A stretch of 64,000 nucleotides of DNA, taken from the NCBI GenBank assembly GCA_963770995.1, contig CAVYRS010000001.1:79575-143574 (forward strand). The letters run 5' to 3'. The notes under the pieces are model-generated. The model ran no database searches. It was given only the letters and a program-made list of their open reading frames with translations, and was not told the DNA's origin. This document shows positions 52,744 through 61,349 of this stretch, one piece after another; the first letter of the stretch is position 1; every line of letters starts with the position of its first letter. The DNA comes from an uncultured Acidobacteriota bacterium (GTDB lineage: Bacteria > Acidobacteriota > Vicinamibacteria > Vicinamibacterales > CAVVIG01). Made by a program: the position numbers and the translations under genes.

Positions 52744-54402
52744 GCTGTTCTGGTGGTGGCGGCGGCTGTCGCCGCACGACCGTGCTGGTCACGACCGCTC
52801 AGCCCCGCTTTTATCCCCGACGATCCGATCTGGACAGACGACGACAGGACGCTGGATGCGTCGAAGGCTCGCGCCGTCGAGGACTCGAACGGCTACGACT
52901 TCGTCGTCGAACACGTTCGTGCAACCAGGCGAGCAGCGCGACGTCCGGGCGCTCAACGTGAACACGGTCGACGAGGTGCCCGATTCGAGCTGGTTCACGA
53001 ATCGCATCGGGCGTCGCGAGCTTTCGCTCGACGAGATCGTGCGCGGTCCCGACTCGCTTGCCGTCGATCTCGCTCGACGGCTGGGTCGTGTCCGCGCGGC
53101 AAGTCGACCGGCGTCCAGCCCGGGTTCCGCATGAAGGATCCCAAGGACCCGGCCGGCCAGCTCTATCAGATCGAATTCGATCCGCCGTCGAATCCGGAGA
53201 TGGCGACCGGCGCCGAGATCATCGGCACGGCCTTCTACTACGCCTTCGGCTATCACACCGTCGAGGTTTACCTGGCGGAGCTGGATCCGGCGAAGATCAG
53301 GATCGCGCTGAAGGCGCGAAGGTCGTTCGATCCGCTGATCGGCGAGAAACGCGCGCTGACCCGACTCGATCTCGACAAGGTCTACAGTCGCGGCGCGCGG
53401 CAGCCCGAACGGAAAATTACCGTGTGCTCGCGAGCCGGTTCGCCGACCGGGAAGCCGCTGGGCAACTTCCGCTATTACGGCACCCGTCCCGACGATCCGA
53501 ACGACATCGTCGCGCACGAGCACCGGCGGGAGCTGCGCGGCGCGCGCGTGTTCGGCGCCTGGCTGAACCACGACGACTCGCGCGGCGTGAACAGCCTGGA
53601 CTTTCTGACCACCGAAGGCAGCCGCAAGTACGTCAAGCACTACATGTTCGATTTCGGATCGATCATGGGCAGCGGCACCGTGTTCGCCCAGCGGCACCGC
53701 GCCGGCAACGAGTACATCCTCGAGTGGAGTCCCGGGTGGAGGACGCTCGCGACGCTCGGGCTGTACACGCAGACCGTGGCTCCACTATCGACTATCCCGA
53801 CGTGCCCTCCGTCCGTCGGCCGATTCGAAGGCGACTATTTCGATGCGGCGCAGTGGAAGCCCGAGTACCCGAATCCCGCCTTTGCCAACATGCGCGCCGA
53901 CGATGCGTTCTGGGCGGCGCGGATCGTGTCGCGGTTCAGCGACCAGGCGATCCGCGCGATTGTCGAGAAGGCGCGGTACACGGACGCGCGCGCGACGGAG
54001 TACATCACCGCGACGCTGATCAAGCGCCGCGACAAGGTGCTGAGCACCTGGCTGGCCGGCGTCAACCCGATCGCGGATATCGCGATGAGCGACAGCGGTG
54101 AGCTCACGTTCGTCAACGCCGCCGTCGACGCGGGCGTGGCGAAGCCCGCGAGTGGCTATCGCGCCGCGTGGTCCACGTTCGATAACGTCACGCGCGAGTC
54201 GAAGCCCATCGGCGAGACATCGGGTTCGATGACGCGGCTGTCCGCGCCGCCCGGTCTGCCGTCGGCGGCCGGGACGTATCTTCGGATAGAGGTCGCGGCC
54301 ATGGACGGACCGCATCCGTCATGGACGGAGCCAGTGCACGCGTACTTCTCGCGGACGGGTTCGACCTGGAAATTAGTTGGACTCGAGCGGATACCAGATT
54401 AG
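52630..54402 (+). CDS. Probably exported atypical kinase-fold protein (HipA/PI3K-like motifs; frameshifted)
   Basis: Hydrophobic N-terminus, GKSTGVQPG loop, AEIIG...FGY, WLNHDDSRGVN, MFDFG. Confidence 0.6.
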   Translation: MVSLSNHEHGGSSFRLRQGYGGPPKREVRRLVDRLRTSAVLVVAAAVAARPCWSRPLSPAFIPDDPIWTDDDRTLDASKARAVEDSNGYDFVVEHVRATRRAARRPGAQREHGRRGARFELVHESHRASRAFARRDRARSRLACRRSRSTAGSCPRGKSTGVQPGFRMKDPKDPAGQLYQIEFDPPSNPEMATGAEIIGTAFYYAFGYHTVEVYLAELDPAKIRIALKARRSFDPLIGEKRALTRLDLDKVYSRGARQPERKITVCSRAGSPTGKPLGNFRYYGTRPDDPNDIVAHEHRRELRGARVFGAWLNHDDSRGVNSLDFLTTEGSRKYVKHYMFDFGSIMGSGTVFAQRHRAGNEYILEWSPGWRTLATLGLYTQTVAPLSTIPTCPPSVGRFEGDYFDAAQWKPEYPNPAFANMRADDAFWAARIVSRFSDQAIRAIVEKARYTDARATEYITATLIKRRDKVLSTWLAGVNPIADIAMSDSGELTFVNAAVDAGVAKPASGYRAAWSTFDNVTRESKPIGETSGSMTRLSAPPGLPSAAGTYLRIEVAAMDGPHPSWTEPVHAYFSRTGSTWKLVGLERIPD

Positions 54403-54547
54403 AAGGCGTTCTAGACGCGATCGCTGCGTGGCTGAGCTTGATCGCCGGTGTGGACTCACCGGGAGAGATGGCGCAATCTGCCTTACACTCTCCGGGTCAC
54501 AGACAGCAACGGTCCGGTTCCGAGCCGTCTGGAAAGGGAGGTGGCAG

Positions 54548-55675
54548 GTGTCGATCAAATCAGGCGTCGCCGCCGCTGTGCTGGTGCTCTTGACCGCGGG
54601 AGGGATCGCGCAAGCGCCGCAGGACAAGGGCGGCGGGAACGAGACGGGTCCGTACCAGGTCGTGGCCGGGTGGCCGCAGAACTACTGCGGCGCGGGCCAC
54701 ATGATCGGGTCCACGGCGGGCATCTGGGCGGAGAGCCCCGACCGCGTCTACATCTTCAGTCGCGGCTGCCTGCCCGAAGTGAAAGACGTCGGCAATCAGG
54801 GCGATTTCATCCCGAGCCGCAACGCGTCCGGCTACGACATGTCCCAGAGAGATGCTCAGCGACACCCGCGCTGGGACCACGTCTTCAACGTCGTCGATCG
54901 CAACGGCAAGCTGATCGAGTCGTGGGAGCAGCACAACAAGCTGTTCGTCCGGCCTCATCGCATCCTCGTGAATCCCTACGATCAGCAGCGGCACGTGTGG
55001 CTGGTGGACGACGGCGCGCATTCCATCTACAAGTTCACGCGCGACGGAAAGCTGGTGACGCAGCTGGGCGAGTTCAAGGTGCCTGGCAATGACGCGACGC
55101 ACTTCGCGCGGCCGACCGACATCGCCTGGCTCCCGGACGGCACGTTCTTCGTCAGCGACGGATACGTGAACACGCGCGTCGTGAAGTTCGACAAGGATGG
55201 CAAGTTCGTCATGACGTGGGGGGAGAAAGGCAACGCGCCGAACGAAACACGCCCCGGCTTCATGAACACGGTGCACGCCATCGCGATCGACAAGAACCGG
55301 CGCCTCTACGTCAGCGATCGGGCGAACTCCCGCATTCAGGTGTTCGACGAAAACGGGAAATTTATGGATGTCTGGCCGAACGTCCGCCGGCCGTACTCGT
55401 TCCTGCTGTCGGAGGATCAGCACCTCTGGGTGGCCGACGGCATCACGCAGAAGTTCCTGAAATACGATCTGACCGGCAAGCTGCTCTACTCGTGGGGAAC
55501 CTTCGGGGCGTTTCCAGGCGGATTCTGGGGCGTTCACCAGTTCCATGTAGACAGCGAAGGCAGTCTGTACACGGCCGACGTGCATGTCGGCCGCCCGCAG
55601 AAGTTCCGGCCCAGGCCGGGCGCGGATCGATCGACGCTCGTGGGCCCGTACATGCGCGGCGCGGCCACCAACTGA
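54548..55675 (+). CDS. NHL-repeat protein, peptidyl-alpha-hydroxyglycine alpha-amidating lyase family
   Basis: HFARPTDIAW, VSDGYVNTRVVKF, VSDRANSRIQVF; signal peptide; GGAGG RBS. Confidence 0.85.
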   Translation: MSIKSGVAAAVLVLLTAGGIAQAPQDKGGGNETGPYQVVAGWPQNYCGAGHMIGSTAGIWAESPDRVYIFSRGCLPEVKDVGNQGDFIPSRNASGYDMSQRDAQRHPRWDHVFNVVDRNGKLIESWEQHNKLFVRPHRILVNPYDQQRHVWLVDDGAHSIYKFTRDGKLVTQLGEFKVPGNDATHFARPTDIAWLPDGTFFVSDGYVNTRVVKFDKDGKFVMTWGEKGNAPNETRPGFMNTVHAIAIDKNRRLYVSDRANSRIQVFDENGKFMDVWPNVRRPYSFLLSEDQHLWVADGITQKFLKYDLTGKLLYSWGTFGAFPGGFWGVHQFHVDSEGSLYTADVHVGRPQKFRPRPGADRSTLVGPYMRGAATN

Positions 55676-55688
55676 GCGACCGTCGTGG

Positions 55689-55721
55689 GCCGGGGACGTA
55701 CGCGGCAGTCGCGTCCCCGGC
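55689..55721. terminator. Hairpin between convergent genes
   Basis: gccggggacg / cgtccccggc 10-bp perfect stem, no clear U-tract. Confidence 0.45.
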
Positions 55722-55775
55722 ACACAGCAATCCCGATCCCAGTCGAAACTGAAGGGGACGACGTTGGTCGAATAA

Positions 55776-58604
55776 TCAACGCGCCGGCAGGCGCTGCCTC
55801 AACTCTTCAGTCCAGTTGTGCACGACGATGATGGGCGGCGACGGCGTGCCTGTCGATGCTGGCTCGGCGCTTGCCGCGGCTTTGATCATGAGGAACTGTT
55901 TGCCGTCGCGCGTCGCGTCGTAGGGGCGGCCCACTCCCGTGAAATATCGCGTCTCGAACAGCCTGGTCGGATTGCCGGCGCTGAACGTCGGAGTCGTCTT
56001 CACCGGCACCGTCGTCAGCCGACCTGTCGCATCGAGATAAAACAATTCCCGACCGGTCCGCGCCCACAACGGGTGCGTGCCACCGGTCGTCGAAATCTGC
56101 CAGCGCCCATTGTCGACCTTCGGAAACGGACGGACGTAGATCTGCTGCTGGCCCGACTCGGTCGACTGGTACGCGAGCCAATGGCCGTCGGGCGAGATGT
56201 CGCCGTTGACCTGCACCGCATTCGAGCGAAGCAGCGGTTCCGTGCGAGGCTTGGCGTCCAGCGACAGCAGCCCCAGGCCGGTACCCAACCCAGCGAAGCC
56301 TGAGCCCGCGGATTGCCGGAGGATCACGAGCTTGCCGTCGGGAGAGATTGAATACGGGGCCTCGGCGTTTTCTGCGTTCGTCAGGCGCTCGGCGGTGCCG
56401 GTGCCGTCCGCGGCCTGCCAGAACACCTTCTCGTGGCCCTCACGGTTTGACGCGAAGAGTATGCGCCGACCGTCCGGGGTCCACGCAGGGTTATTATCGT
56501 TGGCGGCATCGAACGTCAACCTCGTCAGGGTCTGGCGGGCGCGATCCCAGATCCAGATATCGTTTTCCTGATCGCGGATGTCGAGCGCGATTCTGGAATC
56601 ATCGGGAGAGAGGCGTGGCATCGAGTAGGCTCGAGGCGGCGCGGCCGCAATCGGCTCCTCCCGTCCCTGCCTGTCGACCAGCACGAGCGCGCGTTGCGGT
56701 GCGAGGGCAGACGTCAGCGTGCCCTGGACATAAACGAGCGTTCCGGTGCTCGAAACCGAGAATTCCGCGGCGCCGCTCTGCTTGGTCATGACCTGTTCGA
56801 CGATCGGTACCGGATCGCTCAACACATCGAGCTTCACCGGATCGAAGCGGACCGCGCGCAGCGCGCCCGCAGCGGCGTAGACGAGGTACCCTGGGCCGGA
56901 GCCGGCACGAGGCGCGACGTACTCGGCGTGCCCGCCGCCGCGCAGGAGTGTCCTGACCTCGCGGGTCTTCAGGTCGACGACGCCAACCTGCGCCGCGTCG
57001 AGCGTGCCGCTCTGGGCGCTCACAATCGTGAACAGCGCGGCGCGTCCGCCCGGCAGAATCGACGGGAACCAGTGATTCACCTCGCCTCGTTTGGCATCAA
57101 GCGTCGTGATCGGCTTCGGCTCGCCACCGCCTGCCGGCACGCTGAAGAGGCCCGTGGAACGTGCAGCTGTGGCGAACACTATCGTGTTGTCCGATCCCCA
57201 GCTCGCGCCGCGCAACTGCCCCGGAAGACGGCAGACGGTGATCGACGGTCCGCCGGACATCGAGACCTTGTGGAGTTCATTGACTCCGCCGACGGCTCCC
57301 CCACCAGCGAAGAATCCGATCCAGCGACCGTCGGGCGAGACGAACGGGCTCGCGCCGGTAATGCCGCCCAGCGGGACCGCGTCGAGCTGATCGACCGCAC
57401 GAACCATCAACTGTGCCGTGCCAGTGCCGGTCCCGACGGTGTACACGATGTGCGCGCCATCTGGCGCAATCGCGATGTCGCGAAACGGACTGCCTGTGCT
57501 CAGTGTCCTCGGCGCGTCGATCGTCGAGATGCTGAAGCGCAGCGGCTGCTCGGCGGCCGGCTGCGGCTTCAGCAGCCATGCGCCAGCCGCGGCAAGCCCG
57601 GCGAGGATCACACTCGCGGCCGCCGCCAGCAGCCACTGAGTGCGTGTCGACTTCGGTGGCGCCTTCGCCTCAACGCGCGGCACTTCGCCGCCGCCTTCGG
57701 CGATCCATTCGAGCTGGCTGACGAGATCGCTCGCCGTCTGCCAGCGGCGATCCGGATCTTTCGCGAGACATCGGCCGACGACCCACGCGAGCGCCGGCGG
57801 CGCGGCGGCTCGATGCGTATTCACCGGAAGCGGCGTGTCCTTCAGAATCGCGCCGATGAGGCTCACCTGCGTCTTGCCGTGGAACGCCTTTCGGCCAGTG
57901 AGCATCTCGTAGAGCACGCAGCCGAACGCGAAGATGTCGGTGCGCGGATCAGCTTCCGCGCCCTCGAGCTGCTCCGGCGCCATGTACTGAAACGTTCCGA
58001 GGATCGTGCCCCGCGCCGTGATGTTCGGCGGCGTCGTCATCGTCGGCGGCGCGGTGAGGTTCGTGCCGCGAGAGGCGCCCGACGCACCGGCTGCAGCAAC
58101 CGCACTGGCCCAGCCCGTGTGACCGCCCTTGGCGAGGCCGAAGTCGAGCAGCTTCGCGCCGGTCTTCGTGATCAGCACGTTGCCGGGCTTCAGGTCGCGA
58201 TGGACGATGCCCGCGCGGTGCGCGGCGTCGAGCGCGCTGCCGATCTCGATCCCGAGCCGCAGCACGTCTTCGATGGGCAGGCCCTGATCCTTGAAGCGCG
58301 CGACTTCGTCGGCCAGCGTGACGCCATCCAAAAACTCCATGACCAGGAACTCGATGCCATCCTGGCGGCCGACGTCGAAGAGCGGGCAGATGTGCGGATG
58401 GCTGAGCGACGAGATGACGCGCGCTTCGCGATCGAAGCGCTCTCGAAATTCGGGATCGACGGCCAGCGCGTCGGGGAGGACCTTGATCGCGACGATGCGA
58501 TCGAGGCGCGTGTCGCGGGCTTTGTAGACTTCGCCCATACCGCCCGCCCCGAGGGGCGAGACGATCTCGTACGCGCCGAGGCGCATTCCGCTGTCGAGGG
58601 GCAT
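55776..58604 (-). CDS. Ser/Thr kinase, single TM, TolB/PD40 beta-propellers
   Basis: GAGGMGEVY, HRDLKPGN, DFG, APE; repeated SPDG motifs. Confidence 0.93.
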   Translation of the reverse strand: MPLDSGMRLGAYEIVSPLGAGGMGEVYKARDTRLDRIVAIKVLPDALAVDPEFRERFDREARVISSLSHPHICPLFDVGRQDGIEFLVMEFLDGVTLADEVARFKDQGLPIEDVLRLGIEIGSALDAAHRAGIVHRDLKPGNVLITKTGAKLLDFGLAKGGHTGWASAVAAAGASGASRGTNLTAPPTMTTPPNITARGTILGTFQYMAPEQLEGAEADPRTDIFAFGCVLYEMLTGRKAFHGKTQVSLIGAILKDTPLPVNTHRAAAPPALAWVVGRCLAKDPDRRWQTASDLVSQLEWIAEGGGEVPRVEAKAPPKSTRTQWLLAAAASVILAGLAAAGAWLLKPQPAAEQPLRFSISTIDAPRTLSTGSPFRDIAIAPDGAHIVYTVGTGTGTAQLMVRAVDQLDAVPLGGITGASPFVSPDGRWIGFFAGGGAVGGVNELHKVSMSGGPSITVCRLPGQLRGASWGSDNTIVFATAARSTGLFSVPAGGGEPKPITTLDAKRGEVNHWFPSILPGGRAALFTIVSAQSGTLDAAQVGVVDLKTREVRTLLRGGGHAEYVAPRAGSGPGYLVYAAAGALRAVRFDPVKLDVLSDPVPIVEQVMTKQSGAAEFSVSSTGTLVYVQGTLTSALAPQRALVLVDRQGREEPIAAAPPRAYSMPRLSPDDSRIALDIRDQENDIWIWDRARQTLTRLTFDAANDNNPAWTPDGRRILFASNREGHEKVFWQAADGTGTAERLTNAENAEAPYSISPDGKLVILRQSAGSGFAGLGTGLGLLSLDAKPRTEPLLRSNAVQVNGDISPDGHWLAYQSTESGQQQIYVRPFPKVDNGRWQISTTGGTHPLWARTGRELFYLDATGRLTTVPVKTTPTFSAGNPTRLFETRYFTGVGRPYDATRDGKQFLMIKAAASAEPASTGTPSPPIIVVHNWTEELRQRLPAR

Positions 58605-59112
58605 CCGCGCGGGTGATTATCGGTGAACGGATGGGCTTTGCAAAGGCGAATGCAGCGGCGCTGTCGCTGAGAGGGGACCTGGGTCGAGAACGCGCATGCT
58701 GTTGCGACCGCGTCGGGCCGGGGCACAGAGAAGGCCGCTATCAGAAGCCGTCGACCTCAGAACATTCAATTCCCTCGCAGCACGCCTCGTCATCGCCTCT
58801 GGATGTAGAGATTCCACCCGGATTCTTACGGCACAAATGCATGCGTGCTTCGATATCCAACCGCAAGCTGGGCAGCGTCGGTATGAAGCAGCCGGACGTC
58901 TTCAATGCGCACGTTCGTCGCTTCCGGGCGAAAGCCAACCGGGTGGAACTCCGACATCAGCCATCCGATGGGCAAGCGGCCACTTCGCTTCGTGTCGCGC
59001 CGCGCTCGATGTGGGAACGAGGCCCCAACCGAGATTCAGACGCCGCACGGGGGCTCGCGGACTCGAGAACTCGATCCCGGTGGCGATCGAGCGGCAACGT
59101 TGTATCTTGTGA

Positions 59113-59991
59113 GTGGACCCTGTGACGTCACCGGCGCGAAGACTCGTCCCCATCGTTCTCCTGTTCGCGGCGGCAGCCTATCCGGCGCTCTTCGGTCAGA
59201 CCGTCCGGCTGCCGAACCGGCCGGACTCCGTGAAGTTCGCGGCGATTGGCGACAACGGCAACGGCGAACGGGAGCAGTACGAAGTCGCCGACCAGATGAC
59301 CAGGCTCCAGGCGACCTTCCCGTTCGACCTCGTCATCATGCTGGGCGACAACATGTACGGCAGTCAGCGACCCGCGGACTTCGTCAAGAAATTCGAACAG
59401 CCGTACGCGGCACTGCTCCGGCGGAACGTGAAGTTCCAGGCCGCGCTCGGCAACCACGATCGACCCGAGAACGTGGGGTACGAACTGTTCAACATGGCCG
59501 GGCAGCGGTACTACACCTACGTCCGCAGGAACGTCCGCTTCTTCGCGCTCGACAGCACGCTGATGGACCGCCGGCAGCTCGAGTGGCTCGACGCCGCGCT
59601 GAGGGACGCTCGTGAGGACTGGAAGATTCCCTATTTCCACCATCCGCTGTACTCGAACGCCAGCCGCCACGGATCGTCGGTCGACCTGCGCCTGCTGCTG
59701 GAGCCGATCTTCCTCAAATATGGGGTGAACGTGGTCTTCTCCGGTCACGATCACGTGTACGAAAGGCTCAGGCCGCAGAAAGGCATCCACTACTTCGTCT
59801 CCGGCGCCGCGGGCATGTTGCGGAGGGGCAACATGCGGTCCTCGGAGCAGACGGCCGCCTCCTTCGACCAGGACCAGAGCTTCATGCTGATCGAGGTTGC
59901 CGGCAACGACATGTTCTTCGAGGCCGTGAGCCGCACCGGACGGGTCGTCGATACTGGTGTGATCAACCGGCAGCGGGGGCCGACGAACTAA
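59113..59991 (+). CDS. Exported calcineurin-like metallophosphoesterase
   Basis: IGDNG, LGDNMY, GNHD, HHP, GHDH; signal peptide. Confidence 0.92.
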   Translation: MDPVTSPARRLVPIVLLFAAAAYPALFGQTVRLPNRPDSVKFAAIGDNGNGEREQYEVADQMTRLQATFPFDLVIMLGDNMYGSQRPADFVKKFEQPYAALLRRNVKFQAALGNHDRPENVGYELFNMAGQRYYTYVRRNVRFFALDSTLMDRRQLEWLDAALRDAREDWKIPYFHHPLYSNASRHGSSVDLRLLLEPIFLKYGVNVVFSGHDHVYERLRPQKGIHYFVSGAAGMLRRGNMRSSEQTAASFDQDQSFMLIEVAGNDMFFEAVSRTGRVVDTGVINRQRGPTN

Positions 59992-59992
59992 C

Positions 59993-61150
59993 GTGGCCCA
60001 GCGCATCCGCGTCTCGAGCGCCACGCTGCCGCAACTGTGGCACTTCGCGCTCGAGCACCTGCTCGCGCTCCCGGTTGGCGCCGCGATCGCGCTGGTCTGG
60101 GCCAACGTGCGTCCGGAGAGCTATTTCAGCTTCACCTACTCGATCGCGTTCGCCGTCAACGACGTCGGCATGGCGTTCTTCTTCGCGCTGATGATGAAAG
60201 AAGTGGTCGAGGCGACCGCCCCCGGAGGCATGCTCCATCCGTTCCGACGGGCGTTGCTGCCGGTGGTCGCCGCTATCGGCGGAGCGGCCGTTCCCGCCGT
60301 GCTGCACGTCTTCATCGTCGATGGACTGGACGAGCCCGCGCTGAGGGTTGCCTGGCCGATCGCGCTCACGGTCGACCTCGCCGTCAGCTATTTCGTCGCC
60401 CGGATCATTTTCGGGAAGCAGTCGGTGATTCCGTTCGTGATCCTGATCGGCATCGCGAGCGACGCGCTCGCCTTTCTGGCGATCGCGTTGTTTCATCCGA
60501 CAGAGGATCTCAGGCCGGGCCGGGGCGCGCTGCTGTTTGCCGTGGCTCTCGCGCTCGCAGCCGCGCTGCGGCGGGCGCGCGTGAAGAGCTTCTGGCCGTA
60601 TTTGCTGGGGGCTGGCAGCGCGTCGTGGTACGCGTTCTTCACGAGCGGGCTTCATCCAGCGCTCGCGCTCGTCCCGATCATGCCGTTCCTGCCGCACGCC
60701 GCGCGCGATCCGGGGTTCTTCGTCGACGCCAGCCCCGACGCGCGCGACACGTTGAACCGGTTCGAGCTGTGGTGGCGGCATCCTGCGCAGATCGCGCTCT
60801 TTTTCTTCGGGCTCGTCAACGCGGGCGTGTCGTTCAGCGAGCTCGAGCCGGGTACATGGGGATTGCCGGCCGCAGTCATCGTTGGCCGGCCGATCGGCAT
60901 CTTGATTGGCGCCGGCCTCGCGTTCGCCGCGGGTCTGCATCTGCCGGAACGGTTTGGCTGGCGCGAGCTCGTCGTCGTGGGATTCACGGTGGCGATCGGC
61001 TTCAGCGTCGGCTTGTTCGCCTGCGCCGCGCTGCTGCCTCCGGGCCAGTTGCTCGCGGAGTCGCGCATGGGCGTCCTGCTGACGCTGGCCGGCGCGCCGC
61101 TGGCGTTCCTGTCGGCGCGGCTGCTGCGTGTTGGTCGGTTTGCGCTGTAG
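59993..61150 (+). CDS. nhaA: Na+/H+ antiporter NhaA family (divergent motifs)
   Basis: VNDVGMAFFFALMMKE, LPVVAAIGG, SGLHPALA, FGLVNAGV, IGFSVGLF. Confidence 0.85.
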   Translation: MAQRIRVSSATLPQLWHFALEHLLALPVGAAIALVWANVRPESYFSFTYSIAFAVNDVGMAFFFALMMKEVVEATAPGGMLHPFRRALLPVVAAIGGAAVPAVLHVFIVDGLDEPALRVAWPIALTVDLAVSYFVARIIFGKQSVIPFVILIGIASDALAFLAIALFHPTEDLRPGRGALLFAVALALAAALRRARVKSFWPYLLGAGSASWYAFFTSGLHPALALVPIMPFLPHAARDPGFFVDASPDARDTLNRFELWWRHPAQIALFFFGLVNAGVSFSELEPGTWGLPAAVIVGRPIGILIGAGLAFAAGLHLPERFGWRELVVVGFTVAIGFSVGLFACAALLPPGQLLAESRMGVLLTLAGAPLAFLSARLLRVGRFAL

Positions 61151-61160
61151 CAGGACGCGC

Positions 61161-61315
61161 GTCCTGGGGCCTTTGTTCTTCGTTCTTGGTCCGTCCTTCG
61201 TCCCTGGGTCCCTGGGTCCGTCCTCTGTTCTGGGTCCTTGGTCCCGCTTGTGCGAACGCACGAAGGACACCGGACCTGGGACGGACCAAGCACTAAGGCC
61301 CAAGAACCAGGGACG
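61161..61315. repeat. Degenerate heptamer arrays in inverted orientation
   Basis: GGTCCTT/GTCCCTG-like units followed by AAGGACC/GGACCAA-like units. Confidence 0.65.
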
Positions 61316-61349
61316 ATCCGCTACACCGAACTGGACACCGCTATAACCC

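Noticed and set aside
52609..54419. Repeated ttctagacgcg near both ends of the kinase-like gene as a target-site duplication
   Set aside because: Short match, no transposase or terminal repeats; chance cannot be excluded
58613..59110. ORFs or ncRNA in the ~500-bp divergent intergenic gap
   Set aside because: No convincing RBS, protein motif or recognisable RNA structure by eye; an Rfam scan would be needed
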